A DNA stretch of 64,000 bases from Ignisphaera sp. (GTDB lineage Archaea > Thermoproteota > Thermoprotei_A > Sulfolobales > Ignisphaeraceae): positions 6,190-70,189 of the forward strand of contig JAJHQM010000002.1 in NCBI GenBank assembly GCA_020833345.1. Reading direction: 5' to 3'. Positions within the stretch are counted from its first letter, which is position 1; each line of letters opens with the position of its first letter. This document shows, piece by piece, positions 11,163 to 19,807 of this stretch. The notes under the pieces were generated by a model that saw only the letters and a program-made list of their open reading frames with translations, did not search any database and had not been told where the DNA came from. Made by a program: the position numbers and the translations under genes.

Positions 11163-11810
11163 ATGTCAGTGCTAGAGAGGCTTTACTTGGATTATCTTCA
11201 TAAAACTTTTGGTCAAGAGATTGGATACATCATGAATGTGAAACCTGGTGCAATTGTTCTGAGGAATTCGTATGATGTGAATTTATTTGAGCATGAACAT
11301 GTTATATGCTGGCATAATTTCTTAGTGAATGTATTTGACCCTAAGTTAATTGAAAAACCTTGTGCCTTAATCATACCTTGTAGTCGCATTAAACCTTACA
11401 GGCTATCACCTATACATAAAATAATTGACTCGCAGATAAGGCTTATGGACGCTGACAGCATTATTCAAGTCTATGTGCTCTCAGAACCAATGTTATTAGT
11501 TCCTAGGGAACTTGATATATATTATCCATTTGCAAATTATGATTATCCAATCCACGAATTAAATGAGGGATATAGAATAAAGTTTGCAACAATGCTCTCA
11601 AAGATTTTGCCTAAACTTATATGCTACAAATACATTGCTGCTATTTTACCGCATCATCACCGGAGGATACTGGTTAAGGCAATTGATTTATGCAATAATT
11701 GTGTAAATGTAGAAGTTTTTGAATATGGTAAAAAGGCGTTTCACAATGTTAAGATAGTAACTAGTAAAATTGTAAAGAAATGTCAACAAATTTGCAACAC
11801 TTCTTATTGA
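11163..11810 (+). CDS. Stand-alone ArcS-like (DUF5591-type) domain protein
   Basis: PCSRIKPYRLSPIH fits the PC-X3-KPY-X2-S-X2-H signature described for the archaeosine synthase catalytic domain. At 215 aa there is no room for TGT-like or PUA domains. Confidence 0.5.
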   Translation: MSVLERLYLDYLHKTFGQEIGYIMNVKPGAIVLRNSYDVNLFEHEHVICWHNFLVNVFDPKLIEKPCALIIPCSRIKPYRLSPIHKIIDSQIRLMDADSIIQVYVLSEPMLLVPRELDIYYPFANYDYPIHELNEGYRIKFATMLSKILPKLICYKYIAAILPHHHRRILVKAIDLCNNCVNVEVFEYGKKAFHNVKIVTSKIVKKCQQICNTSY

Positions 11811-11889
11811 GTTTGAGGGCTTTAATTGTAAAATGCCTTTAAACTATTGTATAAATAAGTAAAACCCTTTCAGAGATGCGGTGTAAGAT

Positions 11890-12864
11890 ATGGATTCAGA
11901 TGGAGTTTTTGTCATGGAGCTTCGTTGGGATCCTGTACTTGGAGAATGGGTTATGGTATCAAATGTTAGAAGTGCAAGGCCATGGCAACCAGCATCCTTT
12001 TGTCCATTTTGTCCAGGTACTGAAGAAACAGGGTATGGATGGAAGGCACTAATATTAGAGAATAAATTCCCCATGTTAATTGAGTCACCTCCTAAACCCT
12101 CTGTACATAGATTTTACAAAACTGCCTCGGCTTATGGAAAGTGCTACGTTGTTGTAGAAACCCCTGAGCATAATATTGATGATATCAGTGATCTAGCTAT
12201 TGAACAAATAGCCTATGTCATTAGCCTCATTATTAATAAGCAGGAAGAGGAATCGAAAAAAGATTATGCTAAGTATTTTTTATGGTTTAGAAACAAGGGG
12301 AGAGAGATAGGTGTTTCACTAGTACACCCTCATAGTCAAATATATGTGATACCCTTTATTCCAATAAGAGTTCTACGAGAACTAAGCAATGCTGAAAGAT
12401 ATTGGTATGAAAACAAGAGGTGTCTTTTTTGTGATATTATTGAAATTGAGAAAGAGGATGGGATTAGGGTACTCCTAGAAAACAATGACTGGGTTTCCTT
12501 TATGCCTTTTTATACTCATTGGCCCTTTGAAATTCATATATATCCTAAAAAGCATATTCAGCTTCTTACACAGCTTACAGATAAAGAGATTATGCAAATG
12601 GCTCAAATTCTTAAATACAGTTTATGTGGCTTGAAAAGTGTGTTTTCAAAGTCAATGCCATATGTAATGGTATTACATCAAGCACCATTAAAAGGTGATT
12701 TTAATTTCTATCACTTGCACATAGAAATTTACGGGATGCTTCGTGAAGAGAGTAAGTTGAAATACGCTGCAGGAATGGAGACTGGAGGTGGGAATTTTAC
12801 ATACGATTCTGTGCCAGAACATAATGCTTCTGTGCTTAGAGAGAGAATTAAGATGTGTCTCTAG
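11890..12864 (+). CDS. galT: Galactose-1-phosphate uridylyltransferase
   Basis: 324 aa. Zinc motif FCPFCPG and HIT-like active site VHPHSQIY. Confidence 0.85.
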   Translation: MDSDGVFVMELRWDPVLGEWVMVSNVRSARPWQPASFCPFCPGTEETGYGWKALILENKFPMLIESPPKPSVHRFYKTASAYGKCYVVVETPEHNIDDISDLAIEQIAYVISLIINKQEEESKKDYAKYFLWFRNKGREIGVSLVHPHSQIYVIPFIPIRVLRELSNAERYWYENKRCLFCDIIEIEKEDGIRVLLENNDWVSFMPFYTHWPFEIHIYPKKHIQLLTQLTDKEIMQMAQILKYSLCGLKSVFSKSMPYVMVLHQAPLKGDFNFYHLHIEIYGMLREESKLKYAAGMETGGGNFTYDSVPEHNASVLRERIKMCL

Positions 12865-12994
12865 ATGATCATAAGTAATCAGATTTGAGGATCGTAGTAA
12901 AGAATCTTACTAACTAATACTCTGAAGAAGTTGTTTTTATTTTTACCTGATATTGATTATAGTTCTGAGGGATTAATTAACCAGGTGTTACAAA

Positions 12995-14269
12995 TTATAC
13001 TACACTATGTCTCGTTACACCTTCATCAACATTTAGCACCCATGCTCTAGCACCTAATCCCTTTGAAATAATTCTTTCAATAGCTTTCTTTGCTGTATCA
13101 ACATCTTTAAATAATGCGATTACAGTACCTCCTAACCCAGCTCCAGAAAGTTTTGCACCTAAAGCTCCAAAATCTAAAAGAGTCTCTACAATAGAATCTA
13201 GTTGTGGTAAGCTTACATCATACAATCTACTTAATAGAGTATGTTGGTATGTCATAATATGTCCTAAGATGGCAAGTTTACCTGCTTTACATATCCTTTG
13301 AGCTTTTCCAATTTCAAGCTCCAACGTCTCTGCGATATTGCTAGACGATACATCATATCCTCTCATAATGTGTAGTGCAAGTTTTGTTGATCTATGGGCT
13401 TTAATTGTATATACAATTCTATTTTTAGCTTTTTCACTAAGTTGATTAAGGTAAGGCTCTAGCATCTCCAGCGATATTGAATCCCATTTTGGCTCCCAAT
13501 ACCTATACCCAAGTAGCTTCCTTAAATGCGGTGGTGCTATTTCCATGAGTATTTTCAATCCTTCTTCTATTTCTCTCTGTCTCTGAGGGTGTATTTCAGC
13601 AGTACTATGTCTAATGCCACTATCAATTGCAGCAAAAACCCCTTCTGAAAGTCTTAGGGTTTCAACATTATATGGAGGTATAGTTTCGATTACGGCTATG
13701 TTGCCATATGTTGCTGCGTATTGATCAAGTCTTCCACAAGGGATACCCATAATATCGTGTTCAGCTTTATATGCGAATTCAGCAATATCTTTATTCTTAA
13801 GTTTGAGATTGAAAAGCTCATTGAGTGCTGCAATAAATGCGACAAGCAGAGTACCACTACTACCCAAACCGGCAGCTATAGGAATCCAACTTCTGATCCA
13901 TCCAATAAACCCTCTAACCTTATAACCGCTTTGATGAAGAGCAATAATAGCAGCTCTTAAGTAGTTTCCAAACCACTTTGGCTTTGCTAGGATGTTGGGT
14001 TCAGAGATGTCAAATTCATCAATAAATTCTTCACCTTCATCCATCAAATTCCCAGAAGCAACACGGGCAAGGGTTTTCTCGACTCTTTTTAGAACTACAT
14101 AAGTCCTTAAATTTATGCCAACAGCAACTACAGGTAAACCCTTGTAATCTTGATGCGTGTTTAGAAAATCTAAACGCCCTGGCGCAGAACACATAACATC
14201 AGGCAGCTCCTTATATACTTTTTGAAATTCACTAATTACAAGCACGGGATACATCAACATGCACCACAA
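12995..14269 (-). CDS. galK: GHMP kinase, probable galactokinase
   Basis: APGRLDFLNTHQDY resembles the galactokinase signature GRxNxIGEHxDY. GHMP motif GLGSSGTL. Convergent with galT. Start may be an internal Met. Confidence 0.65.
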   Translation of the reverse strand: MWCMLMYPVLVISEFQKVYKELPDVMCSAPGRLDFLNTHQDYKGLPVVAVGINLRTYVVLKRVEKTLARVASGNLMDEGEEFIDEFDISEPNILAKPKWFGNYLRAAIIALHQSGYKVRGFIGWIRSWIPIAAGLGSSGTLLVAFIAALNELFNLKLKNKDIAEFAYKAEHDIMGIPCGRLDQYAATYGNIAVIETIPPYNVETLRLSEGVFAAIDSGIRHSTAEIHPQRQREIEEGLKILMEIAPPHLRKLLGYRYWEPKWDSISLEMLEPYLNQLSEKAKNRIVYTIKAHRSTKLALHIMRGYDVSSSNIAETLELEIGKAQRICKAGKLAILGHIMTYQHTLLSRLYDVSLPQLDSIVETLLDFGALGAKLSGAGLGGTVIALFKDVDTAKKAIERIISKGLGARAWVLNVDEGVTRHSVV

Positions 14270-14336
14270 CGCTACATCTTACCTGTCAAAGTCATAAAAG
14301 CTTTATAACCTTGAATTATAATAGCTACTAGGTGGT

Positions 14337-14409
14337 AGCCGGGTCGTCTAGCGGCCAAGGATGCGGGGCTTTGGCCCCCGTGACCGGGGTTCGAATCCCC
14401 GCCCGGCTA
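14337..14409 (+). tRNA. tRNA-Gln (anticodon TTG), no encoded CCA
   Basis: Acceptor AGCCGGG/CCCGGCT. Anticodon stem CGGGG/CCCCG with loop CTTTGGC. T-arm CGGGG-TTCGAAT-CCCCG. Discriminator A. Confidence 0.88.
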
Positions 14410-14422
14410 CTAATATTTTAAT

Positions 14423-14484
14423 GTAGATGATGACCAGAGGGTCTTATGAAGTCTTTGATGAAGAAAGCCGGAAATGCTGATAAA
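14423..14484 (+). ncRNA. Candidate C/D-box sRNA
   Basis: C box ATGATGA (14427-14433), 12-nt spacer, D'-like ATGA (14446-14449), 8 nt, C'-like ATGAAGA (14458-14464), 12-nt spacer, D box CTGA (14477-14480). Lies 18 nt downstream of tRNA-Gln in a non-coding gap. Confidence 0.45.
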
Positions 14485-14626
14485 GTTACATTTGAAGCAG
14501 CTTCTCGAAATGAATATAACAATGCTTATTGCATAACCTCTCAGAAGAGCCCTTCATTTAAAACTTCAGGAACCTTAATGCTATTATATAATTACAGTGT
14601 TTCACGTCGTATTGCTGTGATGTAAA

Positions 14627-15487
14627 ATGGTTAAAGGGTCTTTACTAAGAAAAATCGCTGAAAGGGCTTTAGGATTAGAATATGCTAAATTAGTTTGGAA
14701 GAGAATTGAGATTCTCGGTGATGTTGCAATAATTAGAAAGCCTTTTGATTTGCCAATAGATGTTTTCAAATCTCTTGGCGAAGAACTTTTACGCTCACTT
14801 CCTTACATTAAAGGTGTTTGGCTTTCAATTTCACCTGTCCATGGAATTGAAAGAGTAAGAGAGTACATTCACCTAGCTGGTGAAGCAAAGACAGAGGTTT
14901 TATATAAAGAGCATGGATGTATATTTAAAGTTGATTTTACAAAGGTGTACATCTCCCCAGTCTTAGGCTTTGATCACATGAGAATAGCCAAGATGGTTAA
15001 AGATGGAGAAAGTGTGTTAAATATGTTTGCAGGATTTGCACCATATAGCATTATAATATCTAAGTACGCTCACCCCTCTTATGTAGTATCCATTGACTTA
15101 AATAAATATGCAGTAAAATATGCCAGAATAAATATAGAGTTAAATAAAGTTGCAGCAGCCAATGAGGTTTTGCATGGTGATGCACTGTTGTTAACAGAAG
15201 CCCTTAGTGAAAAATTTGATAGAGTTCTAATGCCTTATCCAGAACTTTTTGAAAAGGCTTTGCGTGCTTCTTTAAAATCTGTAAAATTAGGAGGTTACTT
15301 ACATCCTCACCTTTTTGTAACGTCTGAAAAAAAGCAAAATGCCTTGCAAGAGGCATTTAAAATTGTTGTAGAGGTGGCTAAAAAAGCTGGTGGTATTGTA
15401 GAGCCCGTAGGAGGACATGTGATTAGAGGAGTAGCCCCAAGGAAGTATCATGTAGTAGTAGATGCCATAGTTAAGTGTAAAAGCTGA
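14627..15487 (+). CDS. trm5: tRNA (guanine37-N1) methyltransferase, Trm5/Taw22 (Met-10+) family
   Basis: FTKVYISPVLGFDHMRIAKMVKDGESVLNMFAGFAPYSI matches the Trm5 core (FSxVYWSPRL...DMFAGVGPF). Confidence 0.72.
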   Translation: MVKGSLLRKIAERALGLEYAKLVWKRIEILGDVAIIRKPFDLPIDVFKSLGEELLRSLPYIKGVWLSISPVHGIERVREYIHLAGEAKTEVLYKEHGCIFKVDFTKVYISPVLGFDHMRIAKMVKDGESVLNMFAGFAPYSIIISKYAHPSYVVSIDLNKYAVKYARINIELNKVAAANEVLHGDALLLTEALSEKFDRVLMPYPELFEKALRASLKSVKLGGYLHPHLFVTSEKKQNALQEAFKIVVEVAKKAGGIVEPVGGHVIRGVAPRKYHVVVDAIVKCKS

Positions 15488-15574
15488 TTAAATGATCCTA
15501 GGTTAATTCCAGCTAGGGTTAGAAAGGTAAGGGGTTCAGCTCTCATATAGGTTCATGTAACTTGATGTGTTTTC

Positions 15575-15722
15575 ATAGCCTCATCTCCTTTCCCCTGCAT
15601 CGCTTCTTGGGTTTGCATCCGCCTTGGGGGCGTTCAGGGTCACCCCAGGGACCCCACATCTTGAGCTGCCCTCGGGGAGAGCCCTCTGAGGCTCTCCGCC
15701 CCTTACAGGGGGTCTCATCAAA
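15575..15722. ncRNA. GC-rich, highly structured element of unknown identity (candidate ncRNA or GC-rich insertion)
   Basis: By hand count, 80 of 120 nt (15591-15710) are G/C, in an AT-rich intergenic context. Nested helices: CCCCTG 15591-15596 with CAGGGG 15705-15710; CCTTGGGG 15621-15628 with CCCCAGGG 15642-15649; GGAGAGCC 15675-15682 with GGCTCTCC 15689-15696. Flanked by direct CTCATC (15579-15584 and 15713-15718). Confidence 0.4.
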
Positions 15723-15807
15723 ATATGTAATAGTGACAAGCCTTATAAACCTTTATGAAACTCGAAATAGCTGCGAAAGGCAAAAGTCATTATATAAGTA
15801 CTGAATT

Positions 15808-17268
15808 ATGTGTGGGGCTCTGCTGCTACCACGAAAGAAAAATGAAAGTAGCTTTATTAGGGGAGGTAATAGTAGCAATGTAAAACAGTTGAGATCCATA
15901 AGAATTGAAAATCTAAATGAGTTGTGTTTGGAGGTCTTAAGGAAGTACAACGTGAATTTAGTTGAGGTCATAATATGCATAGATAAACAAGGGGTAGCGA
16001 GATATCTAATTAACGAACCTCCAATAAACTTAGAGCTTCAGAAACTATATGAAAGTCTTATGGAAAACCTTTATACTTCCTACTTTAGCTTAGAATCGTT
16101 TGAAGATCTTAAAAAAGCCTTGGAAAAACTGTCTTCTGAGTTAAATTTAGAGAATTTATTGCACAAGTATTATGACATAGTAATTTACTATGTGTATAGG
16201 GATGTTAAAGGGTACGGAATTTTAGATGTTGTATTAAGGGATGAGGGTGTAGAGGATATTGAGCTGTCTCACTGGTCAAAGCCAATTACAGTTGTTCATA
16301 GAGATTTTCTGTCATATGAAGCACTTATGACCAATATTCAATTTCAAAGTGATGAAGAAGCTAGAAATTTTATAGATAGACTTGCCATAAAATGTGGAAA
16401 GTCAATATCAATAAGAAAGCCAGAGCTTCATGCCACGCTTCCTGAGGGCTTTAGAATTGCAGCCACCATTGGTGAACCAATAGGATCAAGCCCTACTTTT
16501 GATATTAGAAAGCTTACGGCAGTTCCTATAGACATAATAACATTAATTAAGCAAGGTGTTGTAGACCATAAGGTTGCAGCACTATTATGGCTTGTTAATG
16601 ATGCAAAACTTTTTTATGTGGTTATCGGCGGTAGCGGTTCAGGTAAAACAACACTTTTAAACGCATTTTTGCAATTGAGCAACCCCAATTGGAAAATTAT
16701 AGTTGTTCAAGACATTCCTGAGATAAAGCTTCCACTAAGACCAAGATTCATACAATTCTATGGTGAGGACTCAGAAGAGTTACTTCAAAGATGTATTACT
16801 GCACTTAGATATAGACCTGACATGCTAGTAGTTGGTGAGGTAAGAGGAAAAGAAATAACAGCTCTAGTTAGAGCAGTGGCGTCAGGCTCAGGTTCTGCAA
16901 CAACTTTTCATGCATCAACACCTGAAGAATATGAAATGGCTTTACGTGGCCTTCTTTCACAAGACTTGTATACTATGCTTTCATTAAACACGGCATTAAT
17001 GATATATGTGTCAAGAATGCGTAGAGGTTACAGAGTTGAAAGAAAGATATGGAAAGTTTTTGAAAAAGTTGGTGATGAGTGGAGGGAAATATTTGTACCT
17101 GACAAAGTTGATAGCATATTAAAGAGTTATACAATAAAAAGACTCTCAAAGAGATTACTAAGAGATGATATTGAGGCAGAGTATGAATATAGATTAAAAA
17201 TATTAGAAAACATGAGCCAAGGCTACGAATCTGTGGAAAGGATTCTTAGAAGATTTTATGGTATATAG
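15808..17268 (+). CDS. Type II/IV secretion-system ATPase (FlaI/ArlI / VirB11 / PilB-like)
   Basis: Walker A VIGGSGSGKTTLLNA and the PDMLVVGEVRGKE box. FlaI-like N-terminal region (ARYLINEPP). No adjacent TadC/FlaJ-like membrane partner. Confidence 0.75.
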   Translation: MCGALLLPRKKNESSFIRGGNSSNVKQLRSIRIENLNELCLEVLRKYNVNLVEVIICIDKQGVARYLINEPPINLELQKLYESLMENLYTSYFSLESFEDLKKALEKLSSELNLENLLHKYYDIVIYYVYRDVKGYGILDVVLRDEGVEDIELSHWSKPITVVHRDFLSYEALMTNIQFQSDEEARNFIDRLAIKCGKSISIRKPELHATLPEGFRIAATIGEPIGSSPTFDIRKLTAVPIDIITLIKQGVVDHKVAALLWLVNDAKLFYVVIGGSGSGKTTLLNAFLQLSNPNWKIIVVQDIPEIKLPLRPRFIQFYGEDSEELLQRCITALRYRPDMLVVGEVRGKEITALVRAVASGSGSATTFHASTPEEYEMALRGLLSQDLYTMLSLNTALMIYVSRMRRGYRVERKIWKVFEKVGDEWREIFVPDKVDSILKSYTIKRLSKRLLRDDIEAEYEYRLKILENMSQGYESVERILRRFYGI

Positions 17269-17285
17269 ACTATCACTTAGATTTA

Positions 17286-18011
17286 TTAATGAGCACCTTT
17301 CTTTCTACCTGTCCTCCGTGCAGCAATATGTCCAACTTTTCTACCTGGTGGAGCTCTTCTAGAGACTGTTGTAGGTTTAGACTCACTTTGATGTGATCCT
17401 CCTCCATGTGGATGATCAACAGCATTCATTGCAACTCCTCTTACGCGAGGCCACTTTCTAGCTCTTACTTTCCACTTATAATACGCATTGCCTGCCTTAA
17501 GTAAAGGCTTTTCTATTCTACCACTACCAGCAACAATACCTATTGTGGCTCTAGCGTCAAGAAGTATTGTTTTTTGTTTACCACTAGGTAGTGTTATTAT
17601 GGCATGCGTAGAGGTCTTGCCTGTTATAACAGCATAAGAACCTCCACTTCTAACAAGTTTACCACCATCGTTAGGTCTTAGTTCTATATTGCATATCTTT
17701 GTACCTTCAGGTATGCTTCTAAGTGGCAGTATATTGCCAATGCTAGGGCTAGCGTTTTGCCCTATTTCAATTACTTGCCCCACTCTAAGACCTTCAACAG
17801 CAATATTGTAGAACTCTTCACCATTTTCAAGCTTTATTAAAGCTATAGGTGCGCTTCTTCCAGGATCATGTAAAATATCGACAACAATGCCTTTTATCAA
17901 AGTGTTGACAGCAGTACTTGGGTATTTTACTGGCGCTATTCTTAAGTGGCTAGGGCTTCTAAATGTTTGTGTGCCTCTACCCATTCTTTGTACAAGAATT
18001 CTCTTACCCAT
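17286..18011 (-). CDS. rpl2: 50S ribosomal protein L2 (uL2)
   Basis: 241 aa. MGKRILVQRMGRGTQTFRSPSH and C-terminal HPHGGG. Confidence 0.93.
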   Translation of the reverse strand: MGKRILVQRMGRGTQTFRSPSHLRIAPVKYPSTAVNTLIKGIVVDILHDPGRSAPIALIKLENGEEFYNIAVEGLRVGQVIEIGQNASPSIGNILPLRSIPEGTKICNIELRPNDGGKLVRSGGSYAVITGKTSTHAIITLPSGKQKTILLDARATIGIVAGSGRIEKPLLKAGNAYYKWKVRARKWPRVRGVAMNAVDHPHGGGSHQSESKPTTVSRRAPPGRKVGHIAARRTGRKKGAH

Positions 18012-18033
18012 GTGATGTCGCCATGAATCTAAC

Positions 18034-18471
18034 TTACTTAAGAGCTACGAAGAGAGTGCTTCTTGTAGCCTTTAGACCGGGCTCTCCATGTTTAACTTGT
18101 TTTGTTGTAGGTGCAAATTCGCCAAGATAATGCCCTATCATTTCTGGAACTATTTTTATAGGGACAAATTCCTTGCCGTTGTGAACAGCTATAGTCAATC
18201 CTACCATAACAGGGAGTATTACCATATCTCTTACACGTGTTTTTACTGTTACCTCTTTGCATTCGCTCATAAGCTTTTGTCTAGCTATTAAAACTTTTTC
18301 AAGAAGTCTTCTATGTCTTGGTGAAAATCCTCGTACTAAGCTTCTACGAGCTCTACTAGGTAATATCTTAACAAGTTCATCCATAGGCATCTCTAATAGC
18401 TCTTCTAGGCTCTTACCTCTATATCTAAACTTTTTCCATTCAATAGGCAGCTCCCAGCACTGCTTACTCAT
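18034..18471 (-). CDS. rps19: 30S ribosomal protein S19 (uS19)
   Basis: 145 aa. [46 protein letters not shown]. Confidence 0.9.
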   Translation of the reverse strand: MSKQCWELPIEWKKFRYRGKSLEELLEMPMDELVKILPSRARRSLVRGFSPRHRRLLEKVLIARQKLMSECKEVTVKTRVRDMVILPVMVGLTIAVHNGKEFVPIKIVPEMIGHYLGEFAPTTKQVKHGEPGLKATRSTLFVALK

Positions 18472-18575
18472 AAGGTATTCAGCCTATTTCCTTACTATTT
18501 TGAGAAGCTTATAAATTCGCATTAACTTATTTTCTTAAAACTTAGTAGTAAAGGTTTAGAAAAGCTTATTAACGG

Positions 18576-18633
18576 ATATGTGATGATAAAGGCTAAGGCT
18601 AATAGCGGTGTAAAGCTCATTAGCACTGAGGTA
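18576..18633 (+). ncRNA. Weak C/D-box sRNA candidate
   Basis: C box GTGATGA (18580-18586), 12 nt, degenerate D' CTAA, degenerate C' TGTAAAG, D box CTGA (18626-18629). Internal boxes are poor. Confidence 0.25.
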
Positions 18634-18774
18634 ATTTAGATGGGAGGTAGGCAGCGAACAACGTTATTTATAGTTAAGAGCTCTGGTCAGCAGGAAGAGA
18701 AGACTAAGAAGCGTAAAAAAGAGAAGTGAAAGAGTTAAGCATGGTATGAAGCTTTTCAGCACAGGTGATGCATT

Positions 18775-19788
18775 ATGGCACATAGGAAAACTCATGCTCC
18801 TAAGCGTGGTAGTTTAGGTGTTAGACCTAGGAAAAGGTCGAGCGAATTTATTCCACATGTGAAAAGCTGGCCTTCACCTAGTCTAGATAATCCTAAAGCT
18901 TTAGGATTTTTAGGTTATAAAGTAGGTATGACGCATGTTGTAGTAATAGATGATAGACCTGGCACCCCTACACAAGGTAAAGAGATTTTTGTTCCTGTGA
19001 CAATAATTGAAACTCCACCAATGATACCAATAGCAATAAGAGTCTATGGTATTAATGCTTATGGGGGTTATAGCGTATTAAAGGATGTATGGATAGAGCC
19101 TCCAAAGGAAATTGAGATTTGGAGGAGGGTCCCTACGTATAGACCCTCATCAAATATTAGTGAAAGGATTGAATGGATCAAGGCTCATTTACATGTCGTG
19201 AAGAGGGTGTCTTTGGTTATGGTAGCTAATGTTAAGGCTGTTGGTGGGCTAAGCAAAAAGGCTCCTGATATACTTGAAGTAGTAGTTGACGGTGGGGACG
19301 TTGCACAGAGGGTGAGTTATGCTTTGGATAAATTAGGAAAAACTATAGATGCAAGCTCCATATTTACTCCCGGCCAATTCATAGACATAATAGGTGTTAC
19401 TAAAGGTAAGGGGTTTCAAGGAGTGCTTAAGAGATTTGGTGTAAAGGAGTTACCCAGATGGCATAAACATAGAAAGGGTAGTAGAAGAGTTGGTAGCAGA
19501 AGCCCGACAATAGGAGCAATGTCTGAGGTTCCTCAGCCAGGGCAAACAGGCTATCATCGTCGTACAGAATACAATAAGAGAATAATTGCTATTGGAGATA
19601 ATGGTTACGACATAACTCCAAGCGGGGGCTTTCCACACTATGGTGTTGTTAGATCAAAATGGGTAATGATTTGGGGTAGCTGTATAGGTGTCCCAAAGAG
19701 ACCTCTTGTACTTAGATGGCCCATAAGACCGCCCAGATGGCAGCCAAGTGAACCTCCAAAAATTGTTTACATAGGTTTATTAAAGTAA
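18775..19788 (+). CDS. rpl3: 50S ribosomal protein L3 (uL3)
   Basis: 337 aa starting MAHRKTHAPKRGSLGVRPRKR. SD-like AGGTGAT 7 nt upstream. Confidence 0.92.
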   Translation: MAHRKTHAPKRGSLGVRPRKRSSEFIPHVKSWPSPSLDNPKALGFLGYKVGMTHVVVIDDRPGTPTQGKEIFVPVTIIETPPMIPIAIRVYGINAYGGYSVLKDVWIEPPKEIEIWRRVPTYRPSSNISERIEWIKAHLHVVKRVSLVMVANVKAVGGLSKKAPDILEVVVDGGDVAQRVSYALDKLGKTIDASSIFTPGQFIDIIGVTKGKGFQGVLKRFGVKELPRWHKHRKGSRRVGSRSPTIGAMSEVPQPGQTGYHRRTEYNKRIIAIGDNGYDITPSGGFPHYGVVRSKWVMIWGSCIGVPKRPLVLRWPIRPPRWQPSEPPKIVYIGLLK

Positions 19789-19807
19789 AAACCTTTGGGC
19801 GAGGACA

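Noticed and set aside
15575-15722. Assignment of the GC-rich element to 5S rRNA, RNase P RNA or SRP RNA.
   Set aside because: By eye it lacks the 5S loop motifs (GAACCCGGAAGUUAAGC-like), RNase P CR-I (GAGGAAAGUCC) and the SRP helix-8 GNAR/AGCAG motif. It is also too short for RNase P type A or SRP. Left as unknown.
15562-15804. 80-aa ORF spanning the GC-rich element.
   Set aside because: The sequence (…HPPWGRSGSPQGPHILSCPRGEPSEALRPLQG…) looks like translated structured GC-rich DNA. There is no start context or family resemblance. Treated as non-coding.
18640-18729. 29-codon basic mini-ORF (MGGRQRTTLFIVKSSGQQEEKTKKRKKEK) in the S19/L3 divergent region.
   Set aside because: Too short, no recognisable ribosomal-protein match, no SD or TATA at suitable distance. 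Insufficient evidence.
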